DNA of 64,000 nucleotides from Massalongia carnosa (lineage: Eukaryota), in assembly GCA_965645245.1 (NCBI GenBank), contig OZ287079.1, positions 992,001 through 1,056,000 on the forward strand, given 5' to 3'. Of the stretch, positions 37,203 to 49,330 are shown piece after piece. Within the stretch, counting starts at the first letter, position 1, and each line of letters starts with the position of its first letter. Under the pieces are notes generated by a model. That model was not told where the DNA came from and did not search any database. It worked only from the letters and a program-made list of their open reading frames with translations. The position numbers and the translations under genes were made by a program.

Positions 37203-40200
37203 ATGTCGATTCAGACCAGTGTCTATGTCGATGGACGCTGGACCACGCGAACCATGGACATAGATCATGTAATCGCGCAAAACAGAGAGGATCCCTCCTC
37301 CCAAAAGCCAAACTCGTCCATAGGCAAACGGCAGCAGCCTCCAGCTCTCGGTATGCTGAGTCTAACGCTCGTCAGGAGTCCTGTGGTGAAATGGATTATC
37401 CCGGCTCGAATTCGTCATAAACGGAAAAATGATGTTGTCTTCATATATGAAAGCTACATTCAAATCAAGGAGATTGTTGGTGATTCCGACGGAAAAATGC
37501 GTGATGTAGCCATTAAGGCAGACTTTGATTCCCCAATCCGGGCCGCAAGGATATTTGGAAAGCCTCGGAAATATCATATGATAAAATCACAACAGAAGTC
37601 AAATACTAGCCCGCGAATACCGCCACAGATGCTTGTCTTAGCGTTGGAATCCAACAAGCTTGTCTTCCTGTTCGCTTTAGATCAGAATGGGGACCGTGTA
37701 AAATTTGTGGCTTATCAACGCCCGCTCCCAATGAGACATCCAGGTCTTGAGCAGCTGGGCGAGCACATTGCTGTTGATCCAAAGTAGGTGATATATTCTG
37801 CCTACTTCGTCTGTGGTCTTTTTAACAACGTCAGATCTCGCGCGATGGCGGTTGCCGCCTTAGAAGGATCGTTCAGTCTTTATGCATTAAGCCCTGTGGA
37901 TGAGATTAAACGGAAGGTTGAAGTGGATGCCAAAATTCAGGAGGACATGTTCATGCCTATCAAGGAAGTGAGTGGGTTCTATTAATTGAACCGGATTAGC
38001 CAATATGCTAATTCTTTTTCATGGCGAAGGAAAAGCACATAGATGTGGAGGGGGTGATACTTAAAATGGAGTTTCTTCATCCACCAGAAGCAGACCAAAG
38101 TAAGGATCACGTCATACTTCTATTGATCGTAGCCAAGAACAAGCAGTCTTCTTTGCTCTGGTACGAATGGGATTGCTCTACCGGTCTAGTGACGGTTGAG
38201 TCGAAAAGCCCTGGCCAAAGACTTCATCCGGATGAACAACTGCCACTTTTGCTGATACCACTTACGAAATCGACAGCCTTCATGCTTGTGTCCGAGAAGC
38301 GCATAACAGTGTATAGAGACATTCTATTGGGTCCTGCCAAATCTCATGTCCTCCTCCTCTCGAATCAGGAAAATGCTGTAGAATCTAGAAGCCGGAAAAA
38401 CCCACCGCTCTGGACCCAATGGGCCAGGGCCATAAGACATAATGAGCACTCTCGAAGGCAAGACAACATTTACCTCTGTCGAGAGGATGGCTTTGTTCAG
38501 TTTCTAGAGATCAAGGACAAACCTGGGCACATGCTCGATACTACCCACCAAGCGGGGTGGATCGACGGCAACATCAACACATCCTTTGCAGCTATTGACA
38601 TGGGATCCAAACAATATGAAGACGATTCGAGTGATAAAGATAAGTTTTACCCTAGTTGTGACATGCTTATAGCGGGTGGTGACATGAGCGATGGTGGTAC
38701 ATGGATATTCAATGCTCGTCAGGTTGCAGACCCAAACGATGTAATATCTAACTGGACGCCCCTGATGGACCTTGCTGTTATGAATGGCTCGAGTGACATT
38801 GAAGGTATACCTGGGCTACTCGCTTCTCCGTCTGAGTCAGTTCGAAACCAGACGCGTTTCTTTGCAAGTACAAGCAGAGGGAGCAAATATGGAAGAATTA
38901 CGGAGATACGCTACGGGATTGAAGCTATCAGAAGGTCTAATCTCACCGTGCTTGATGAAGTGAATGGAATCGATATTACACAGATATGGGCACTGAGCAA
39001 TGCCGATGGCTCCACTTTCGTTCTATTATCATATCCTACACAAACATCTTTATATTGGATGGGCGATACTTCCGTTCATGATCTGACCGATAACTCCGAG
39101 TACAAGCTCGACTATGATGCAAAAACGATTGCTGCAGGTGCTACCGCAGGTTTAATGGTGCAGATTACAGGGACGTCTATCAGAACAATGATGCACAAAC
39201 TTGGTGAAGATAAAATGACGGCAATTGTAGAAACAGAATCATCCGAACCATCCGAACCACTCTGTCGACAAGACAGCATTCTAACGGCTTGTGTTCATTG
39301 CTTCGACCATGCAATAGCTGTACTTATCGTGACTCGAAATGAGGATGGTGTATATCTACGCCTCGATAATTTTTCAGTCATTAACAGCAACAAAAAGCAG
39401 TTCAGCTACAAAACATCTGGAGATCCGTTAAAAGTAACAAATGAGCCCGTTTCTTTGTATCTGGAACGCGTTAAGGAAAACGAATACTTGGCAATCATCG
39501 GAACGCTGGCATCAACACTACAAGTGTTTTATGCAGACCTGGACTCAGGACTTACTCCTGTGTATGAGTACACTTTTGGCGGTCAAGATTCCATATGCGA
39601 TAGCATCACCGTTCTTACAACTCAACCCGAGTCAATTGCGGTTTGGAAGTCGGCGACGAAGCGTCTGATCGTATGTGGACTTCGAAATGGAGATATTGAA
39701 GTATTGGCTTTGCATTTAGGATCATTGTGTAAGTTCGTATATTCGATTTCTCTCTATCATCGTTGCTTGTACTGCCTGTATTCTGAATCGTACAGTCAAA
39801 ATAGAAATCTCTGTTTTTTCTCGCTGACCCAGTTTTTTTCTTGGGCATCTTCTGTGGAAGTGCGTGGTTGATCTTCGACTTTGAAAATAAATTAGTTTTC
39901 GTTTCTAGCTTTAGCATATATGAATCTCTTTCAAAGATCTACTTCTTGCGCTAATGAGATGCCGAGGGCTTAAAACAGTTGATCATCTTTTGGATTTCTG
40001 TGAGAGTTTACACGTTGGCACCACTACCGTCGTGGTTACCACAGATAAGACAAGGACTAGCAGGGCTATCATCCTCTGCGAGCAGAAGCTATACTCCTTG
40101 GAGTACCATATTGATGAGTCTAACAAGGCTCAGGTTCCTGGTTCGATAAACTACATATGGCTAACAGACCCGGTGCTGCCCGCATTTCAGCAGGGGAAGA

Positions 40201-41684
40201 TTACAGCAATATCACAGGCGGCGCAATCCAACAAAGGGTCTACGCAAGGATTACTGTTTTGCGTTGAAAGAAGTAACATTCATATGATCAGCCTATCTAC
40301 AGCACGAGAACCTCGTATGGTTCCTCGGCATATGAGTATCCCAGGAACACCAACAAAGGTGATTTATTCGAATCGGCTGCGAAAGATTGTAGTACTTTAC
40401 TACAACTTCATTAAGCCAGCAGTTCAGAGAAATGGAAATTATGCTACAGCAAATCGGCCTATGCTACAGTTTAAGATTGCTATCTTCAATCCTGATTCCG
40501 AGTGCATCGGAACAGATCCGGATGATAACCAAGGAAACGGGTTCGACTTCACCTATGAAGGTGAACCAGGGGAAAGATTTCTTGGAGTCATTGAGTGGTT
40601 TCCGATAGATGGCAATGACGTTCATCATATGCTCGTAGTTCATACCTTGTTGGAACGACCAGATCCCAGTCAATCGCATGGAAGGATCTGGCTATTCTCG
40701 GTCTCAAAGACACGAATCACACCTACTAAAAAGCCAATCGAGACGAGTTCCCCCGTCTATGCACTGGTGCCGTATGGGTTTAACTCGCTTCTGTACTCTT
40801 GTGGTAGGGATTTATGTCTTCAGACCCTAGATATGAACGCAGGATCTTCTGCCCGTGGTAAATGGCAAAATCCCATCAAGCACGCCTTGGGAGCACGAGG
40901 TCTTCACATCTCCGCACAGGAATCTCTTGTTTATGTGACTACCGATCAAAATGGGCTTCTTATATTCCAAGTTGAAAACAATGCAATCTCTCCATATCTG
41001 AGTGACGAGGAAGGGCGAGAGGGCTTGCATCATTTGACAGTCCCCGAACGCTCCTTGATACTCACATCTCAAAAGGTCCGTACAATTGCGGGATTATGGC
41101 AGCCGTCAAAAGATAGTGTCAATAACTTAACTACAACCGTATTCAAAGCCGCGCTCCCCGGCTCTATTACAAGGTTTTGCCAAATCCGTCGGCATCAATG
41201 GCATAGGCCACCAATCCTCAGAACCCCTACTGCAACAGCCTCTTCGGAATCCATTATAGGTAGCAGTACAAACGGAGCGATTTACCAATTCGAAATTCTG
41301 GACGAACATAGGTGGCGACTACTGCGCTTTATCCAAAACATGGCGATGCGTGACCCTGTTATCTGCCCCTTCGGAGATGCATTCGCCCTTCGCAGACAAC
41401 ACCTCGATTGCTCACCTGCAATCAAAGAAGACCTCCACGTAGACGGCGATATTTTGAGTCGAATCCTCGAACGAAGCTCCGAGCGCAGGTTGAAGCACAT
41501 GTTGGAACAGGCGCCTTACGTATCCAACCGCCGAGGGGTTCCGGCCGATTTTAGCAGTGCAGCGGTGCGGCAGGAACGATTCGCAGAGCTAGCGCATTCT
41601 GCAGGCTTAGAGGGGGAAGACGGGGATAACTTGCTGGTGAATGTGATTCGTTGGATCCGGTATCTCTTACAACCGGCGTTGTGA
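37203..41684 (+). CDS. DDB1/RSE1/CPSF1-superfamily beta-propeller protein (Mms1-like), multi-exon
   Basis: Long ORFs joined by GT-AG introns. Motifs WIIPARIRH, LGEHIAVDPKSRAMAVAA, GVILKMEFLHP, NWTPLMD, RLLRFIQN and HVDGDILSR. ATG at 37203 follows a probable 5'-UTR intron. Confidence 0.8.
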
Positions 41685-42380
41685 AAGGAGCCCATCATGC
41701 AGATCTGGAATGGCTGTTTGGGTTAATCTATTTGATGAGGCATGGCCAAGCTCTTGTCTAAACATTAGCCAGCGTCTTGTGACTTACATCACGCTTGAAT
41801 TTGGAAGATCGGGTTTCATGGGCAGTTGTCGAGAATGAATGGCTGATGCCATACATGTTTCGTTGCTCCTTGCACATTTCGAGTATCTATGAGCATTAAA
41901 GCACATAGTGCAAGCTTCCCCGTTCTGTTATTTTTTCTTGGGGCTATTTATGGTTCACGGTCTGAAGTGTTCTTATGAATCTACCCTAATGTTTTAACAT
42001 CAAACAGCCCTCGATAACAACTGATTGAGATATACGTAGCATAAGGGTGAGCTTTAGGGGAGTGGTAGGGGAAAGCTATTGAAGAATTCGATGACTCGCA
42101 CGGCTCAACCATGCGTGTGAGGCTTTGGTTCCGAAGTGGATCAGTCACATAGTCCAACGGCTATCCTGATTATTTCGGACGAGTACAGAGTACCACAACT
42201 GACTATAAATATTCAAGCTAGCGGCTTTTCGTTACGCCGGTTGCCGAATGTGATCTATCACGGGTGTTGAAGCAATGCGCACTCATTCTATTGTAAATTC
42301 TCTATCTAGGCTCAAATCCCCAATCACTTTCAAGACTGAACCGCACATTTTTTAAAAGTATCTAATGAGCTCTCACGGAA

Positions 42381-45300
42381 ATGGCACCCAAAAAGAAAAG
42401 CAACAAGAAGGGTAACGATGGCTGGGAGGCAGAACTTGGTGAATCTACAGATCTAATTGCGGCCGCCACACCAGAATCCAAAGATGTTGAAACCGCCCAG
42501 GATGTCACAACACCCCAAAAAAATGAAGATGAAGCAGGCGATGGTGGGGGTCTGCTGGCCGCACTAAAGAAAAATAAGAGCAAAAAGCAGAAGAAGGGCA
42601 AGATTGTCAATGAAGACTACTTGGACGGCGAAGATCCCCCAGGGGTCGATGAGATTAACGGGCTGACAATTACGGATAGTCTTGCAGATCTTGCTAAGAA
42701 GGCTCCGGAAGAGAGCACGACCGAGGAGTTATTTGCAGCTCCAGCTACGAAGGCGAAAGGTGGCAAAGGGAAGCAGGGCAAAGTTGAGGAAGCAGCAAAG
42801 GAAGATGAAGATGGGTCCGAGGACGATGGAGGTACATTGAAGAGCAAGAAAGAGAAAGAGAAAGAGAAGAGGGAGAGGGAAAAGCAGCGGAAGAAGGAAC
42901 AGGTGATCCAAATCGTCTGCCCTTCATCTTGCACAAAGCTAATCCTTGGTTTGCGGATGGGTTTAGGCTGCGAAGAAGAAAGCAACAACACCTCTGCCGG
43001 CGCCTAAACTGGAACCTGTCCAGCAAGTAGTCGAGGCGAAACCAGACCCCATTCCAGCGCCTGAGACCGGAAAGGGTAAGAAGAAACCAACTGGCGCCAT
43101 TGCTGCGCTTCAGAAGCAACAAGAAGCATTTAAAAAGCAACAGGAGGAGCAAGCTAGAATAGCGGCTGAGGAGAAGGCTCGCATTGAAGAAGAGGAGCGA
43201 CTAGCTGCTGAAGAGGAGAGGAAGAAAGAGGAGGCAAGGGCAAAGAGGAAGGAGAAAGAAAAAGAGAAGAAGGAGCAACTGAAGAAGGAAGGCAAACTCC
43301 TGACCAAGGCTCAAAAGGAAGCCAATCAGCGGAATGAGATAAAGAGGTTGCAGATGCTTGCAGCTGGTAGCAAGGTCGCCGGGCTTGATGAACCAAGCGA
43401 AAATAAAAAGCCGGTCTACGACAACAAGCGAAAGAAAGGATTGAAGAAGCCGGGTGAAGATGCTAGATTGGAAGAGGAAAAGGCCGCAGCAGAAGCGGAG
43501 GCGCGAAGAAAGGCTGAAGACGAAGAGCGTCAAAGGTTAGAGGGAGAGGAGAAGGCAAGAGCGGAAGCTGCGGCGGCTGCTGAAGCTGACAGTGATAGCC
43601 TGGAAGACTGGGAAGCAATTGCCGATGCCGACGCCAGTATCAAAGATAGCTGGGACGCTGATACAGATGAAGAGGTCCAAGAGTCCCCTAAGGCAGCACT
43701 CACAAACTCCTCTAAGGCAAATGGACATTCTGGAAAAGTTACAGATTTGCCCGTAAGGCAGGGTTCACAGCCACAGAAACAAAGCGCTGCTGCTTCAGAC
43801 TCAGAGTCGGAATTGGATTCCGAGGACTCTGAGGAACATGAGGTAAGAACTGCCACTCAACGAGCGGCTGCCCAGAAGAAGGCGGAGGCGGCAGCCAGAA
43901 GGAAGCAGCAACATGAGGAGGCGCTTGCTGCAAGATCAAAGGACAACCTTCGTTCACCTATTTGCTGCATTCTAGGTCACGTAGATACTGGCAAGACTAA
44001 AATACTCGATCGGATACGGCAGACCAATGTGCAAGAGGGAGAAGCAGGAGGAATTACGCAACAAATTGGAGCAACATACTTCCCCGTGGAGGCGCTGCAA
44101 ACGAAAACGCAAGTTGTCAACCGGGATGGTGCTTTCGAATTCAAAGTGCCTGGACTTTTGGTCATTGATACACCTGGTCATGAATCTTTTACGAATCTTC
44201 GTTCGCGAGGTTCCTCACTTTGTAATATTGCGATTCTTGTAGTGGACATAATGCATGGACTGGAACCGCAGACACTGGAGTCAATGAGGTTACTACGTGA
44301 TCGAAAAACCCCCTTCATCGTTGCTCTCAACAAAATAGATCGCCTCTACGGTTGGAAAAAGATAGACAACAATGGATTCCAGGAGAGTATGGCAATGCAG
44401 AACAAGGGAGTACAGAATGAGTTCCGTGATCGACTAGAGAAGACCAAAGTTGCCTTTGCCGAGCAAGGCTTCAATTCCGAGCTTTACTATGAGAATAAGT
44501 CAATGGCCAAGAACGTCTCGTTTGTGCCGACGTCAGCAATTACCGGGGAAGGCATTCCGGATTTACTCAAGCTGCTGGTCTCTCTGACTCAGGAGCGCAT
44601 GACTAACAAACTCATGTACTTATCGGAAGTCGAGTGCACAGTACTCGAGGTCAAGGTGATTGAGGGCCTCGGTACAACCATTGATGTGATCTTATCCAAC
44701 GGCGTACTCCGAGAGGGTGACCGCATAGTACTCTGCGGACTCAACGGCGCTATCTCTACCAACATTCGAGCATTACTCACACCGGCTCCCTTGAAAGAAC
44801 TCCGAATTAAATCTCAGTACGTCCACAATCAAGAAGTGAAAGCCTCGCTCGGCGTCAAAATTGCCGCCAACGACCTCGAACACGCCATCGCCGGCTCCCG
44901 CCTCTTAGTCGTGGGACCTGGCGACGACGAAGAAGATCTCGAGGAAGAGGTCATGTCCGATATCGAGAACCTTCTGGGCAAAGTCTCCAAAACCGGTCGC
45001 GGCGTTAGCGTTCAAGCATCCACCCTTGGCTCGCTGGAAGCTCTATTGGAGTTTCTCAAGGTGTCGAAGATCCCCGTTGCCAACATCTCCATCGGTCCGG
45101 TCTACAAGCGGGACGTTATGCAGGCCGGCATCATGTTAGAAAAATCCAAGGAGTATGCAGTGATGCTCTGCTTCGACGTGAAAGTTGACAAGGAAGCCCA
45201 AGCATACGCGGACGACGTGGGGGTAAAGATCTTCACAGCCGATATCATCTATCATCTCTTCGACGATTTCACGAAACACATGAAGCAACTAACGGAGCAA

Positions 45301-45869
45301 AAAAAGGAAGATAGCAAACTCCTGGCTGTTTTCCCATGCGTTCTAAGCCCTGTGGCCGTGTTCAACAAGAAAGATCCCATCGTCGTGGGTGTGGACGTAA
45401 CTGAAGGTAGTCTCCGACTCCTCACCCCAATCGCAGCCGTTCGGACCAATCCTGTTACAAACGTGAAAGAAATAGTTAGCCTAGGCAGAGTGTACGTAGT
45501 TTCCTTCTTCTACTGCTCTCCTCCTTTCTTCCACCGTTCATCCTCTCTTCCTTTTTTTTTAACCTTCCGCGGATACCAAAAATCCATGCTCTTGCTAACA
45601 TTTCCTCTTCCCCCCCCCCCAAAAGTTCCTCCATCGAGCGCGACCACAAGCAAATCCCCATCTGCAAGCGCGGCCAACCGTCGGTAGCCGTCAAAATCGA
45701 AGGCTCCAACCAACCCACCTATGGCCGGCACCTGGAGGAAAAGGACACGTTATATTCGCTCGTGTCGCGGCAGAGTATCGACACGCTTAAGGAGTTTTAC
45801 CGCGCCGACGTTACCAACGAGGAGTGGGCCCTTATGAAGAAGTTGAAGGGCTTGTTTGATATCGTTTGA
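42381..45869 (+). CDS. FUN12: Translation initiation factor eIF5B
   Basis: Exons 42381-42902, 42967-45491 and 45626-45869. K/E-rich N-terminus; GTPase motifs [25 protein letters not shown] and NKID. Confidence 0.97.
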
Positions 45870-47111
45870 TGCTTTGCGGGTTTCATATGTCTCTAGATTT
45901 AGGCGGGAAGGATGGAAGAAACATCGGTTGCAGCCGATTCGGGCGAGCGTCCCGTCCCAGTGTGGCGGTTGGGCGAAGCCGCCTCCGAGCTTGCCCGAAC
46001 CGACCCAGGGGTCTTGGGTTGAGGGCTAGGGTTAGGTTCTGGTTGCGTGGAGTTAGTTGGTCTCTCACCTTAGGTATAAGTAGCTTTTAGTCGCTTTCAG
46101 CCAAGTGGCAAGGGTCTAACTACAGGAGGTTCTGTCATGGAGGCGAGACTTGTAGGTAGGTATTATTTGTCGCTCATCTGCGTTTTGCCGCCGGGTGCTA
46201 CTTGGGGAATATATGCCTGGTAGAGAAAAGGAAAAACACTGCAACAGACTTTCAATGGGCTTTATGTTCTGTTTATGAATCATGATCGGGATAAGGATTT
46301 CTGTATACTTTTTTTGGGGAGGGTGGGGGGTGGTTGTGACTCAGGAGTGCTTTCCCTCCTGGAGATTGTAGCTCATCAATCAATCACCTGACTTGGTTTC
46401 CCAAAGACGATATATACATACAATACATGGCTGTTGATGGATTAAAGGGGGTAAGGTGTGGGGGGTTTTGGGGGAGGAGGAAGGTCTTTTCTTTTTCTTT
46501 TTCTTAATATTAGTATATATCTATCTCTCTCTCTCTCTCTCCTCTTTCTGTCGAAGCCATTCATGCGGTTTAACAATACTATCTGTCATGAGTCGATTAG
46601 CCACCTACTTACCCCTAAGCTCGAGATGAAGATCTAAAGAGAGCAGGGTTATTAAGGAGATTGGAAGGGAAGGGAAGGGAAAGGAAATGGATTGAGAACG
46701 AACGGACCGGGGAAGGGAGTACATATGTACAAAAAAGCTATGCTAAAAGCGATATACGATGATATGTATGGTGTGGAAATGGCTTTATCAACCGCTTGCT
46801 TTTCGATGACCCAGTCGCATTTTTCCACCTATCTAAACCGCCACGTCCCGCCGGAGTTCCTAACATCCCCCCAGCCCACCATGCACCATCTGCCGGTCAT
46901 GAATCTCCGGGGTCGATTTGTTATGGGTGGGCTTTTTTTATATATTTTTATTTTGATGTTCTTCGACCTCTTCCTGTCGAGTGGATAGAAAGAAAGTACG
47001 GCCCGATTAGCGGAAGAGCCGTTGATAGCGAGAGGGAAAGCTCGAAAGTCTCGGCTGGCGCCCTTCTCCATTTTACTTTTTCCTGCTTCCACCCTGTCCC
47101 GTCCGTCCGCT

Positions 47112-47742
47112 TCATCTCAACTGTATGACCCGCAGCTCCATCACCCCGATCCACGTCTCCGCCACGATCAGGGTGCCCTCGACCAAATTCCGGAACCTGG
47201 CCTTCCGCGCGTCCGCAAACCCCAGGCGCGTGGACCGCCATCATGTGCTGCGCCAGGTGCGCCACCAGCGACCACGGGATCGGCCTTCTCCCCCCCCCAA
47301 TATCTATTGCTCCTCTCCCTCCTCCCGGTCCTCCGACTACTCTGCTCACGGACTCGGAGCGCCACTCCATGACGATTTCGCCCAGGCGGATGTTGAACGC
47401 GGTCAGGCCCGGGGGGGGTTGGACCAGATCTGCGCGGTGTTGACGGGACGGCTTCGAAGAGGAGCTTGAGCCGGGAGGAGGTCAAACGGGAGGGTTGGTA
47501 GTTGGGGATTAGCACGATCGTGAGGCGCCAGGCGGCGCGGTAGAGGTAGGTCATTAAGTAGTGGAGGAGGGGTTGTGGGGTTGACTGGGGTGAAGGGAGG
47601 GGTGCGTCGGGGGAGGGCGTTTTGGGGGGGAGGTTGGCATTGAGGGAGAGATGGATGACTGGAGCAAGGGGATTGCGGTTATTGGAATGAAGGCAAGAAG
47701 GGTGAGGAGGGTGGTTATTTGGAAAGCTTCGATAAGGAGCAT
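47112..47742 (-). pseudogene. Small secreted-type hypothetical gene, frameshifted in G/C homopolymers (pseudogene or assembly error)
   Basis: Signal peptide MLLIEAFQITTLLTLLAFIPITA. Protein-like blocks in successive frames: MTYLYRAAWRLTIVLIP, IVMEWRSE, IPWSLVAHLAQHMMAV and RFRNLVEGTLIVAETWI. Confidence 0.5.
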
Positions 47743-49330
47743 GGTGGGTGCGCCTCCTTGGCTGAAAGCTTTTTTATTTTTATTAGTTTTCAAACGCCTT
47801 TGATCTGGTCTAAATGGATTCTTGACGCTGCTGGCTGTGGCTCATCGCGGGTTGCGAATATATTTTCCAACGGTTGAGGCCGAGTTTAACGTGGGAGTGT
47901 ATGTACCCGTCGTCCAGGCTTATCCCTCTCCTCCTTTCTTGGATGTCTCGCAGATAGAGCAACGATACGTGTCGCTGCGACAGCTTCCCTCAAAGAAAAC
48001 GAAAACACACCACTCTACTCAACAACCCCCCTCGACACCCCTAATATATTGCAGATGTATGCTCATCTCCAATTCTCTATTTTGTACGCCAGTTACCCCA
48101 ATGAATTTCCATCACTCATCTTGTGGAAATTGCAATTGGCCACTGAAAGAGCTCGATTTCAACCCCCATCTTGTCTCTGCGGCTGTGCGGCTACATCGAA
48201 TAGCCAGTAGCAGTTTTACTAATTGGAACCTCGCCCCCTGCTTCATGGGCTCTTGATAGGTTGAAGAGAAAGCTCAGCTGAGCGGGTGATTAAAAACCGA
48301 ACGATCGAGCAGTTTGAAGATGAAACTCCGAATGTTGAGAAGGGCCAATGATTTTAGGTGGTTCTGGAAGAAAGTCGCTATGCGCGCGAATATATCTAGA
48401 TGACGGGCGAGAACACTATGTACTCTATACTCTGTATCTAGTCAGTCTGTTTAGCGATGGAGATGTTGCTAAGGAGTATTGTAACCTCAATCATACAAGC
48501 TATTCGCGAAACATACTCTAGGAAACATATCTAGCCTCTAGGCCCATCTCTCACCTTAAAAGAAAGTAAAATGTAAGTAAGCTTAAATAACGAGGATTTG
48601 GAATGAGACAAACACAGGATTGCCTCTTGCTAGTTTGCTTGTAGAAAAAGAAATAGATAGATAACTGATACAACATCAAAAACCACAACGCAAGCCCACT
48701 CGATTCTGAGACTGGACCATCATTGTAAGCAAAAGAAGTCTCCATTTCCGATAAGGCGTACGGAGTCATCAAGACACCTACAAGAGTTGAACTGTTGGCG
48801 AGATATGATAAGAAAGCGATGGCTGATATAGATGATCGAGTACATGTTCTAGAGACCAGTTTAGAACAAATGAATTAATTAGATATAAATTTAATGATTT
48901 TCGTCCTGGGCAGTAGTATATGAGAAGCCGTGAAAATATTTATCTAACTCTGTCTATCGTAAAGAGCTATCGGCCTCAAAGGAGAAATGAGCGAAAGTTC
49001 GAACTTTCTCTCGGCGAAGCACAGAAAAGGGGTGGATTTCTTGTTGGTCTTTCATGTACATACACGATTTTCAGTCTCGAGTCTGTCATAACAAGGAGAT
49101 CTTTCGTTTTTTTCAATTAGAACAAACATGCTAAACAATTAGCTCGCGGGTGTTGCTCACCAACATCAGAATTAAATCTAAGGTTGCTAAACATTTCCCT
49201 CATTGTTCCACCACCTACGCTGGATGCTCACCTGGTTATGGCCTGTCAAATACTCGCCACTAGAGCTTCTTGCCAAGAACCACAGGTTTCAAATACTAAG
49301 TTATGGACCTTTCTACCCAAAAATTCTTGC

